DNA of 64,000 nt, taken from the NCBI GenBank assembly GCA_964106645.2, contig OZ067043.1. The stretch is one strand, 5' to 3'. The stretch is from Podarcis pityusensis (lineage: Eukaryota). Below the pieces are notes generated by a model that saw only the letters and a program-made list of their open reading frames with translations, did not search any database and had not been told where the DNA came from. The stretch's first letter is position 1. Each line of letters opens with the position of its first letter. Both the position numbers and the translations under genes were made by a program. Shown in pieces: positions 37,841 through 47,031 of this stretch.

Positions 37841-38854
37841 ATGAGCAACCCAGCCGGAACCGGAGAAGCAGGAGCTGGAGCGGGTCCAAGCCTGGAAGAA
37901 AGGTACCGGGTGTTGGAGGTCCAGCTAGCGCTGCAGACGGCGAGGCTTGAGGAGAGGAGGGCTCAGGATGCAGACAAAAAGGGGAAAGACACCCAGCTCG
38001 TCAGAAAGGTACCAGGATTGGTGCAGAAGTTTGGGGGGGAGCCCAAAGACTATCATGGCTTTCGGACAGAGATGCAATATGCCCTCAATCTGCAGTTTGA
38101 TGAATTCCCTGACGAGGAATCACGAGTGGCTTTCGTGATTGGGCATCTTGAAAAGGGGGCGAGAGACTGGGTTAGACCCCTGATGGCAGCGAATAGTGAC
38201 GTCCTAAAGGACACGATGAAGTTCTTTCGCGCCATGGATCTGATGTTTTCCAGCGATATTGAACAGGGAGTGGTCCGCAGACAGTTAATGGCTTGCAAAC
38301 AGGGGAGCCGATCTGTCCGTGAGTACTGGACTGAGTTCACCATGTTGATCCATAAATTGGGGTGGGATCTATCGGCGGAACCCATTCAAATGCTCTTTGA
38401 AGAAGGGCTTTCTTCGGCTGTGAAAGACGAACTTTCCCGGGCGCCCAGGGCGGAGTCTATGGACCAGCTGACCAAATCAGCGCTGACCATAGGAGCGCGC
38501 CAGGAGGCGAGAGCATTGGAGAGGCGGGAAGGGAAGGGGGAACGTTGGAAGGAGTTCCGCATTCCAGACATTCCAGAGCCAACTTTCCCGCCGGCAGAGC
38601 TGATGGAAATCGGAACAGCGCGCGCGCGCGCAGTTTCAAAGCCCAGTGAGGGGGGAAAGAAGGAGGGAAAAGGCGCCCGGAAATGCTATCTCTGCCAACA
38701 GCCAGGTCACTTTGCCAGAGTCTGCCCCCAGAGGAAGGAATGGCAAGGGATGGTAGGAGCTGTGGAGGGAAGAGAGGAAGAAATACCGAAGCAAGTAAAA
38801 GCCAACGCCTGGCTGCCACCGTCGGGGCACAGCAGCCAGGCCAAAGAGCAGTGA
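37841..38854 (+). CDS. gag: Retrotransposon Gag (337 aa) with CCHC zinc knuckle
   Basis: Capsid-like region (KFGGEP...QGSRSVREYWTEF...FEEGLS) resembling PEG10/RTL-type Gag; CYLCQQPGHFARVC knuckle. Confidence 0.93.
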   Translation: MSNPAGTGEAGAGAGPSLEERYRVLEVQLALQTARLEERRAQDADKKGKDTQLVRKVPGLVQKFGGEPKDYHGFRTEMQYALNLQFDEFPDEESRVAFVIGHLEKGARDWVRPLMAANSDVLKDTMKFFRAMDLMFSSDIEQGVVRRQLMACKQGSRSVREYWTEFTMLIHKLGWDLSAEPIQMLFEEGLSSAVKDELSRAPRAESMDQLTKSALTIGARQEARALERREGKGERWKEFRIPDIPEPTFPPAELMEIGTARARAVSKPSEGGKKEGKGARKCYLCQQPGHFARVCPQRKEWQGMVGAVEGREEEIPKQVKANAWLPPSGHSSQAKEQ

Positions 38855-41800
38855 AAGTGCCCACGCCAGAACCTCCTAAACCCGCCCTAGTGATAGAAGT
38901 GGCGCTAGAGCTGCCAAACGGACACCCTCTAAAGATAAAGGCGCTGTTGGACTCAGGCAGCTCCTGCAATTTCATGAGCAAAGAGTTTGCAGCTGAACAC
39001 CAGATACAGACGATCCCTTTAAGCAACCCCCTGCAGGTGACCACGATCGATGGCAGGGAGCTGTTGGGAGGAGAAGTCAGCTTGCAGACCGTCCCAATGA
39101 TAATGAAGGTGGCAAGGCACACCGAACTGATAGCGTTTAATGTGGCCACCTTGGGAGGAGCTCCCATTATATTGGGGATGAGCTGGCTAGCGTTACATGA
39201 TCCGCTGGTGGGCTGGCATCAGAGAGTGGTTTCTTTTGGTTCAGCACATTGCTTAGAACACTGCAAAGAGGGAAAGGGTTTGGCAGGGGCCCAAGCCACC
39301 CTAGCAGGGACTGAAGTAACGGAGAACGTGAAGGTACCACGACAATACGCAGATCTCCGCGACGTCTTCAGCGAAAGGGAAGCTGACCAACTACCCCCGC
39401 ATAGACCCTTTGACTGTCAAATCAATTTACTCCCTGGGGCACAGCTCCCTGTAGGCAAGCTGTACGCCATGTCAGACAGAGAGATGCAGGAGCTAAGAGA
39501 GTTCATTGACAAGAACCTGAAGAGAGGGTTCATCAGAGAGTCCAGGGCGGTGGGGGGCAGCCCAGTGTTTTTTGTGGATAAAAAAAACACGAACAAGCCG
39601 AGGCTTGTGTGTGACTTCAGGGCCTTAAATGCAGTGTCAGAACCAGTGGCTTTCCCTATGCCCAGGATTGACGACATTTTGACAAGGGTCAGGAAGGGAA
39701 AGATTTTTACTAAACTGGACCTAAGGGGGGCGTACAACCTGATACGAATAAGGAAGGGGGATGAATGGAAAACCACCATGTTCACCCCTTTGGGGGCATT
39801 TGAATATTTAGTTATGCCCTTCGGCCTACAAGGAGGCTCCGCGTGCTTTCAATCGTTTATGAACCACGTCCTGGGGCCTTTGCTTTACAAGAATTGTGTG
39901 GCCTTCTTAGACGACGTGTTGGTGTATTCTGAGAATGAGGAGCAGCATGTGAGAGACGTCAGAGAAGTGTTGAGCAGGCTGCAAGCCAACCAGCTGTGGG
40001 TGAAACTGGAGAAGTGTCAGTTTCATACCAAGGAGGTGGAATTCCTGGGGTATCGCCTGTCAGACAAGGGATTGGCCATGGATCCCGGCAAGGTCCAGGC
40101 GGTGCTGGAATGGAAAACACCCAAAACAAGGAAGGATGTGCAGAGGTTCCTAGGATTTGGGAACTTCTATCGTAAGTTCATCCGAAACTTTGCCCACCTG
40201 ACGGCGCCCATTACGGACTGTCTCAGCAGTAAGAAGAAGTTCGTTTGGACTGAGGAGGCGGAGCGAGCATTTGAGGAACTAAAAAGGGCCTTCGCCTCGG
40301 AACAACAACTCCTGCATGTGGATTTACAAAAACCGATGAGAGTGGAAACTGACGCATCAGACAGAGCTATTGGGGCGGTGCTTCTGCAGCCAGGGAAGGA
40401 GGAGTCAGAGTGGAGACCGTGTGCCTTTTTTTCGCGAAAGCTGAACAAATCCGAGAGGAACTACACGGTGTATGACCGAGAACTACTAGCCATTCATGAG
40501 GCGTTCCGGAGATGGAGGCACCTGCTAATTGGCGCACAACATAAGGTGCAAGTGTGCACTGACCACAAGAACCTAGAGTATTGGAGGACGGCACGAGTGC
40601 TCAACCAACGGCAAGTGAGATGGGCCCAGGAGTTCTCCAAATTTAACTTTGAGATTTGTTACGTGCCAGGCCCAGAGAACATTAGGGCGGACGCTCTCTC
40701 ACGCAAACCTGAATATTTGGAGGGGGAGGGAGCACCCGAAGAGAGACATGTCATTCCAGAGGACCGCTGGGTGTGTGGGGCGGCATTGGTGGGACAAAGA
40801 GAACTGGTAGAGGAAACAGAGAATGATGAATACGCCCAGAATAAGCTCAGAGGTCTTAGGGGTGAGGGAGAGGAACCAGGGGGTTTCGAGGAAAGAAATG
40901 GAGCTTTGTATTACAAAGGGGCACTGTATATCCCTGAAGGAGACTTAAGGGGGAGGGTACTCAAGCAGTTGCACGACAGCCCCACGGCGGGGCATTTTGG
41001 ACAACACAAAACCATGTGGTTGGTCACCAGGGAATTTTGGTGGCCTAAGGTGAGGGAAGATGTACGGGAGTATGTAAGAGGGTGTGAGCAATGCCAGCGA
41101 GCCAAAGGGGAGAGGCGGGCACCGGCGGGGCTATTAGAACCCTTACCAACCCCAGAACGACCTTGGGAGGCAGTGTCGATAGATTTTATGACTGATCTGC
41201 CGAAGTCCAAGGGGAAAACAGCCATCATGGTGGTGGTAGACCTACTAACAAAGATGTGCCACTTTGTAGCCTGCTCGCATGCAGTCACGGCGGAAGAGAC
41301 AGCGAAGTTATTTGTAGAACACATTTTTAGGTTGCACGGGGTGCCATTGAGGGTGGTCTCAGACCGAGGAAAACAATTTACTTCCAGGTTCTGGAGGAAG
41401 CTCATGAGCTTACTGCAGGTGGAGGTCAACTTTTCGACTGCCCGGCACCCTGAAACCAACGGGCAGGCGGAAAGAGCAAACGGGGTCCTCCAGCAATACC
41501 TGAGGTGTTATGTCAATGACAGAGAGAATGACTGGGTAGAAAAGTTGGCGCTGGCGGAATTTGCCTACAACAATGCCGAGAATGTGTCCACAGGGATGAG
41601 CCCCTTCTTGGCTAATTATGGGTGTCATCCCAGGGCTTTCCCAGGGGGAGAAGGGGAGAGATGGGGTGTCCCGGCAGCCGAGCATTTTGTAGAAGAAATG
41701 GAAGCAATCCATTGTCAGCTCCAACTCAACTTAGAAAGGGCGAAGGAAGAATACAAGAGGCAGGCAGACAAGAACCGAAGGGAAGGTGAAACCATAAGGG

Positions 41801-42774
41801 TGGGAGATAGGGTGTGGCTGTCAACCCAAGGGTTGCCGTTCAAAGGAGGTTGTAAGAAATTAAGACCCAGGAGATTGGGTCCCTTTGAGGTCATTCAACA
41901 GGTCAACCCAGTGGCTTTCAGGCTCCGGTTACCCAACCACATGAAACTGCACCCAGTATTTCACAGGTCGTTACTGTCACCGTATGAGGGGGGACGAGAA
42001 GGGATGGCCACTCGGGGACCGGTCATAGAAGAAAGGGAATGCAGCAGCCATGTGGCAGAAATCCTCGACGCCAGATGGAAGGGGGATCAGGTGGAGTATT
42101 TGGTAGCGTGGGAAGGAGAACCGGAGTCAGAAAACACTTGGGTAATGGCAGAAGATATCAATGACGAGGTATTGATAGAAACGTTCCATCAAAGGTTCCC
42201 AAGGAAACCTCAGCCTGTGGAGAGGTTCCGGAGGGAATACTTTGGGACCACCGATGAGGAGGAGGAGTTGGAAGGATTCTCGGAATCGGAAGGGGAAGGG
42301 GAGATGGACTCTGAGGAGGAGGAGTACTTCGAGACCAGGAACCGCAACAGGTGGAGAGAAGTGTTCGGGACATCGGAAGATGAAGGAAGTTCATTCCGGG
42401 GTTTTGCCTCCTCACCGCCCGTAGAGGAGGGGGCGAGAGGGGATGAAGGGGGCCCTGGAGGGGAGGTGGATGTCAGGGAACTGCCATCGGAAGGAAGGGA
42501 AGTGAAAGGGCTCACACAGGTTGGGAGAGACTCAGCAGCTGAAGAGGGAACCAGTAGGGGGAGAGGAGCTGAGCTGAGGGAAAGGGAGCTGGAGGGATGG
42601 CTCAGAGACACTTCCAGCGAAAACAGTGGGGAGGTTTCAGGACCTCCTGTAGGGACACCCACTCCTCGCCGGAAACTGTCACGCAGAGAGTCCAGAAGAC
42701 GTGTTTCTGTTAAGGAGCTTTTATGTTGGAAGCGATTCCGAAAGCAACCACTGTCGGAATCTGCCAGCGACTGA
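38683..42774 (+). CDS. pol: Retrotransposon Pol in the -1 frame relative to gag (protease, RT, RNase H, integrase, chromodomain, acidic/basic tail)
   Basis: ALLDSGS (protease); KLDLRGAY, MPFGL, FLDD (RT); ETDASD (RNase H); H-H-C-C, IDF, SDRG, TNGQAER, GPF (integrase); YLVAWEG...ENTW (chromodomain). Probably expressed as a Gag-Pol fusion by frameshift near 38800. Confidence 0.95.
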   Translation: MLSLPTARSLCQSLPPEEGMARDGRSCGGKRGRNTEASKSQRLAATVGAQQPGQRAVKVPTPEPPKPALVIEVALELPNGHPLKIKALLDSGSSCNFMSKEFAAEHQIQTIPLSNPLQVTTIDGRELLGGEVSLQTVPMIMKVARHTELIAFNVATLGGAPIILGMSWLALHDPLVGWHQRVVSFGSAHCLEHCKEGKGLAGAQATLAGTEVTENVKVPRQYADLRDVFSEREADQLPPHRPFDCQINLLPGAQLPVGKLYAMSDREMQELREFIDKNLKRGFIRESRAVGGSPVFFVDKKNTNKPRLVCDFRALNAVSEPVAFPMPRIDDILTRVRKGKIFTKLDLRGAYNLIRIRKGDEWKTTMFTPLGAFEYLVMPFGLQGGSACFQSFMNHVLGPLLYKNCVAFLDDVLVYSENEEQHVRDVREVLSRLQANQLWVKLEKCQFHTKEVEFLGYRLSDKGLAMDPGKVQAVLEWKTPKTRKDVQRFLGFGNFYRKFIRNFAHLTAPITDCLSSKKKFVWTEEAERAFEELKRAFASEQQLLHVDLQKPMRVETDASDRAIGAVLLQPGKEESEWRPCAFFSRKLNKSERNYTVYDRELLAIHEAFRRWRHLLIGAQHKVQVCTDHKNLEYWRTARVLNQRQVRWAQEFSKFNFEICYVPGPENIRADALSRKPEYLEGEGAPEERHVIPEDRWVCGAALVGQRELVEETENDEYAQNKLRGLRGEGEEPGGFEERNGALYYKGALYIPEGDLRGRVLKQLHDSPTAGHFGQHKTMWLVTREFWWPKVREDVREYVRGCEQCQRAKGERRAPAGLLEPLPTPERPWEAVSIDFMTDLPKSKGKTAIMVVVDLLTKMCHFVACSHAVTAEETAKLFVEHIFRLHGVPLRVVSDRGKQFTSRFWRKLMSLLQVEVNFSTARHPETNGQAERANGVLQQYLRCYVNDRENDWVEKLALAEFAYNNAENVSTGMSPFLANYGCHPRAFPGGEGERWGVPAAEHFVEEMEAIHCQLQLNLERAKEEYKRQADKNRREGETIRVGDRVWLSTQGLPFKGGCKKLRPRRLGPFEVIQQVNPVAFRLRLPNHMKLHPVFHRSLLSPYEGGREGMATRGPVIEERECSSHVAEILDARWKGDQVEYLVAWEGEPESENTWVMAEDINDEVLIETFHQRFPRKPQPVERFRREYFGTTDEEEELEGFSESEGEGEMDSEEEEYFETRNRNRWREVFGTSEDEGSSFRGFASSPPVEEGARGDEGGPGGEVDVRELPSEGREVKGLTQVGRDSAAEEGTSRGRGAELRERELEGWLRDTSSENSGEVSGPPVGTPTPRRKLSRRESRRRVSVKELLCWKRFRKQPLSESASD

Positions 42775-42878
42775 CGGAGCCATGTTTAAGGGGCTCCGTT
42801 ACAGACAGAGGTTTGCAAACTTGACCAAACTCTGAGGGACTAGGATTTTACACACAAGCAGCTCATCGTCCCATCACA
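42471..42878 (+). repeat. 3' LTR (408 bp)
   Basis: Direct repeat of the 5' LTR, preceded by the polypurine tract. Confidence 0.97.
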
Positions 42879-45833
42879 TATGCAATATTCCAAACTGCCA
42901 CCATAGTTGTGCTCTGTATTTGCTATTCCAGTTTTGAAAACCCAGTCTGAAAGTTCTGTTGTTAAATATATTTATCTTCTTCACTTAGTAGAGATAATTT
43001 CAAATGTTTACGAGACGAAAATAAGTGTGAAACAAATTCATCCTTGATTATGCTACTGAAATAAATGATTGTCACAAGCATTAATCTTTGCCATGTCAGT
43101 CATTTGTAAACTTTTCACTCCTTCCTACTCCAGACAAGTAAACAAAATCAGATTATAAAAGAATTAGGCAGTGATATTTCTATTCGGAAAGCACATTTTT
43201 CTTCATCTTTTAGTGGGGTTCACATAATAGAGACTCATTTGTACAAGGAGTTTTGCTTTTGCAATGGAACTTCTCCTCCAACAAGACCCTTGATCTTTTC
43301 TGAAGCATCTGGGTGGGAGGCAAGGAGAATGAATATTTAAGTTATTTATATTTAAGGCTGCTTACAGCATTTAAAAACAGCAATTATAAAATAATGGATA
43401 ATAAAAACAAACTAGGTTAAAACAATGACTAGAATACACCACAACATATCTAAAACCAGCAGTTAAAGTATACGGTAATTTGCCAGAACAACAGTTCCAA
43501 CCCTCAGGTGGAAGTCCTTGCACCACTGGGACAACTTTGTTGAATACAAATCTTTTATGTTCCTGAGCACCATTACACTCATTGCTTTAAAGATTTTAGA
43601 TGGGTGTTTCTGACTGGAAATACTGTTTAAACAAACAGGCAATGTTGGCTTTTAGCCTAATAATAATCATTGCTTTTTAGAAGTAGCCAGAAAACTCTTC
43701 CACATGAGAACAGCCAGGAGCTAAAGGGACAAGACAAAGGAAACTTGATGGGCCTGTGGAAAAGTGAAAGTTCCTTTGATTAGTTCCTTAGTTTATTCAG
43801 CACTTTAGTAATAGGATTTCAAAATTCACTCATAGCAGGCACTAAGCAGTCCAGACCTTGATTTTGACTCTCTTGTGAAATAAACTCACTTTAACATTCT
43901 TCAAACTCTGGAGTTCATGATGTTCTTCCCAAGCTACATTTTGCAAACCCGCTTCTATATCATGGTTTGTTCCAAACTGTAATGTGGGATTAACTATGGT
44001 TAGCACTAACACCAGTGCACTCCACCGTAGCTTATTTCCATTTAGGTCATTGAATAGGCAACGCTACATCTGCACAACCCAAACAAATGTTGACATTGCC
44101 CAAGGCGATGCTAATGATGCTCTAAAAGGGACGATATACTTGCATACCCCTGAACTGATTATTCAACACTTAAATCACCCACAAGTGAATTTTTTGTATA
44201 TGTGTGTGTGTTGATAGACAAGCCATCACTTGATGCTGCAGTCATTAGGAAGACCAGGCATTTGTGAATTCACTTTTTAGGCTTCAAAAAGTAGAACTTC
44301 AGGGCTGCCAGATCCTGCAGCTTTTAAACAAGCAAAGGGTAAGAAGCAGAATTCAGTCACTGAATATTACAGACATGATGTGTGTTGTTGGTTCTGCTGA
44401 TCCAGAGATGACCTCTTCAGCCATCAAAGAATATGTAATTCAAATCATCCCAGAAATGCCCAAATAGATGCTATTACTTGCTGAACACCACATAGAAACA
44501 GTATTTTGTGACCCCTGCGTGTTTTAAAAAGCAGCATTCTTTATCGCTGCGGACTACATAATAAATGCAAAAAGTACAATATTTGACAGATTGCATATTA
44601 ATAAAAAATAATGTTTGCTGGGAGGAAAGGACAAGGATATCAATTTTTAATATTGTATCCCTCAGCACAATTGCATTTTTAAATGAGGTTGAAACGAGTT
44701 TAGGAATTGAAGCAGCTATCGGAAACATCTGTCGGAACAGAAGACAAGCAGTGGGGATAAGCGAAGACTGCAGTCCTGTCCATCAGGCAAATAATCTATT
44801 GTAATGTAGAACATATTTTCCTTTTTAAAAAAAAAGGTTTTACAGCGGGCCACCAGGTGGCAGTATGCAACATAGAGTCAGCAAAGAGACTTACATCCCA
44901 GATTTTATACATGAAGGGGTGGAGGTGGGGAGTTTGGTAATTTTTAGAATAATGGAAAGCTTCTTAGTTTTTTTTGGGGGGGGGGGTTGTGGGAAAGTGT
45001 TTTCTCAAACAACTTGCTCAGAATGGCCTGGAATTAAACTGACAGCATTTGAGGAGAGTGATAAATGAAATGCGTGAGGAAAATGGAAAGGCTTAAATGG
45101 CACCTTGTCATTAGGAATGTGAAAGTTAAATAAGAATATGTCTGCACTGATTTAGACACAACATAACCCAGGTTAAACCTTTCTCACAGAGCCAGCCTAT
45201 TGAAACTGTGTTAGAGATCCATGGACCTTTTTGCTGACTAAATAGATACTTGTGCGGTACAATCCTATACACATCAACACAGATGTAAGCTCCAATGAGT
45301 TCCGTGGAACTTACTCCCACGTATGTGTGCATAGAATTGGTGTGTTTAAAATCATCTTTGTTTAAAGGAAGATCCACTGGAAAATATATGTTTTTGTGGG
45401 GGCCACTGATATTTTATATAACCGATCACCCTGGTTGTCACGACGCATGCAGTAAGAGTTTGCCCACAGAGAACAACACACAAAATTGCACTGAATGCCA
45501 TCACATCCAGGGGTGGGGGAGACCCCATAACAGTGCAGGATGCCACTGGGCAAGGTCAAATGAAGACAAGAACTGGCGAGCCCAGCAAACCAGTATTATT
45601 ACTACTAGTAGTGGTGGTAGCTGTTTTTTGCATTGTAAGCTTTAGTATACATGGCACTTTACTTAATCTAAGAGGGCAGGTTCCTGGCTGGGCAAAACCT
45701 CCAATCTGAAATTCGGCATAGGGTGGGTGGGGGGGGACATTCAGAAAGAGAAGCGGATGCAAGGCTAAGCAGGGAGGCAGTAATCTGGTTCTTAAGAGTT
45801 ACACGTGCTTAAATTTACAGTTTAAACTTACAG

Positions 45834-46220
45834 AAGGCTGATCGCCGAAGAATTGATGCTTTTGAATTGTGGTGCTGGAGGAGACTCTTGAGAGTCCCCT
45901 GGACTGCAAGAAGATCAAACCTATCCATTCTTAAGGAAATCAGCCCTGAGTGCTCACTGGAAGGATGGATCCTGAAGCTGAGGCTCCAATACTTTGGCCA
46001 CCTCATGAGAAGAGAAGACTTCCTGGAAAAGACCCTGATGTTGGGAAAGATGGAGGGCACAAGGAAAAGGGGACGACAGAGGATGAGATGGTTGGACAGT
46101 GTTCTTGAAGCTACCAGTATGAGTTTGACCAAACTGCGGGAGGCAGTGGAAGACAAGAGTGCCTGGCGTGCGCTGGTCCATGGGGTCACGAAGAGTCGGA
46201 CACGACTAAACAACAACAAC
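45834..46220 (+). mobile_element. BovB (RTE) LINE 3' fragment
   Basis: WCWRRLLRVPWTARRSN...YFGHLMRR...GVTKSRTRL; (CAA)n tail; 10-bp TSD AAACTTACAG (45824-45833, 46221-46230). Confidence 0.92.
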
Positions 46221-46914
46221 AAACTTACAGTTCGGCATGGAAGCTAAGGGGCTGTGCCAAACACCTCGTGGGAAAGATGGCTTATGAGAAGGGATGGGAG
46301 GAAGGAAGAGAGCTACCACAACCACCCACTTCTGTATTTGGAGGCACATCCCCATCCAACAAGGTTGTGCGATGCAAATCATACACAGCTATCCCTGCAT
46401 CAAGCCTCCAGATCTTTCCCACTGCCATGCCATCGGAGATCATTGCAACTGGAGGCACCAGAGATTAAACCTAGAACCAGTGTTATTTTTCTTGGAAAAA
46501 AATAGGTGCTGGAACTCACCATGAACTCACCCTTGTTCTCTTATGACGGCAACCGCACCCACCTGAGAGGTGCCAGAACTCAGTTCCGGTGGGCTGGAGG
46601 GGAAAAGCCCTTTGTGTTGTATCTTCCTCTCCATATATCCCCCCCCCCTTGTGTGAAAACAAGAGTGCGATATGTAATGGCACACACTGGAGCTGTTTTG
46701 ATCCACCTTCCTACTGCACCCCCTGAAAAACTGCTGCTGAAGATGGCATGTGATGCACCCTAGAGAATTCAGCTGGATGGAAAAACCTGCACCTTCCCTA
46801 GGATCTGTGGGGCTGCTTTGCACGCAGGCCATGGGCTCTTTGGATCTCAGCCAGTTGCTATACAAGTTAGGGTACACCTGCCTTATTTCTAATATACTAT
46901 AGCTTATCACTCCT

Positions 46915-47031
46915 ATGCACACGAAAGCTCATACCAATAACAAACTTAGTTGGTCTCTAAGGTACTACTGGAAGGAATTTTTTTATTTTGTTTCGACTAT
47001 GGCAGGCCAACACAGCTAGCAACCTGTAACT
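46915..47031 (+). mobile_element. Penelope-like element terminal fragment
   Basis: ATGCACACGAAAGCTCATACC...TTAGTTGGTCTCTAAGGT...CCAACACAGCTA resembles Penelope pseudo-LTRs; recognised from memory only. Confidence 0.55.

Larger units (their letters stand above)
37388..42878 (+). mobile_element. Full-length Ty3/gypsy chromoviral (Tf1/sushi-like) LTR retrotransposon, 5491 bp
   Basis: TG...CA LTRs at 37388-37795 and 42471-42878; 5-bp TSD TATGC (37383-37387, 42879-42883); polypurine tract GGAGGGGAGGTGGA before the 3' LTR; intact gag and pol in PR-RT-RH-IN-chromodomain order. Confidence 0.97.

Noticed and set aside
38053-42662. Antisense ORFs of up to 236 aa within the gypsy element
   Set aside because: Shadow ORFs of the long sense frames with no motifs.
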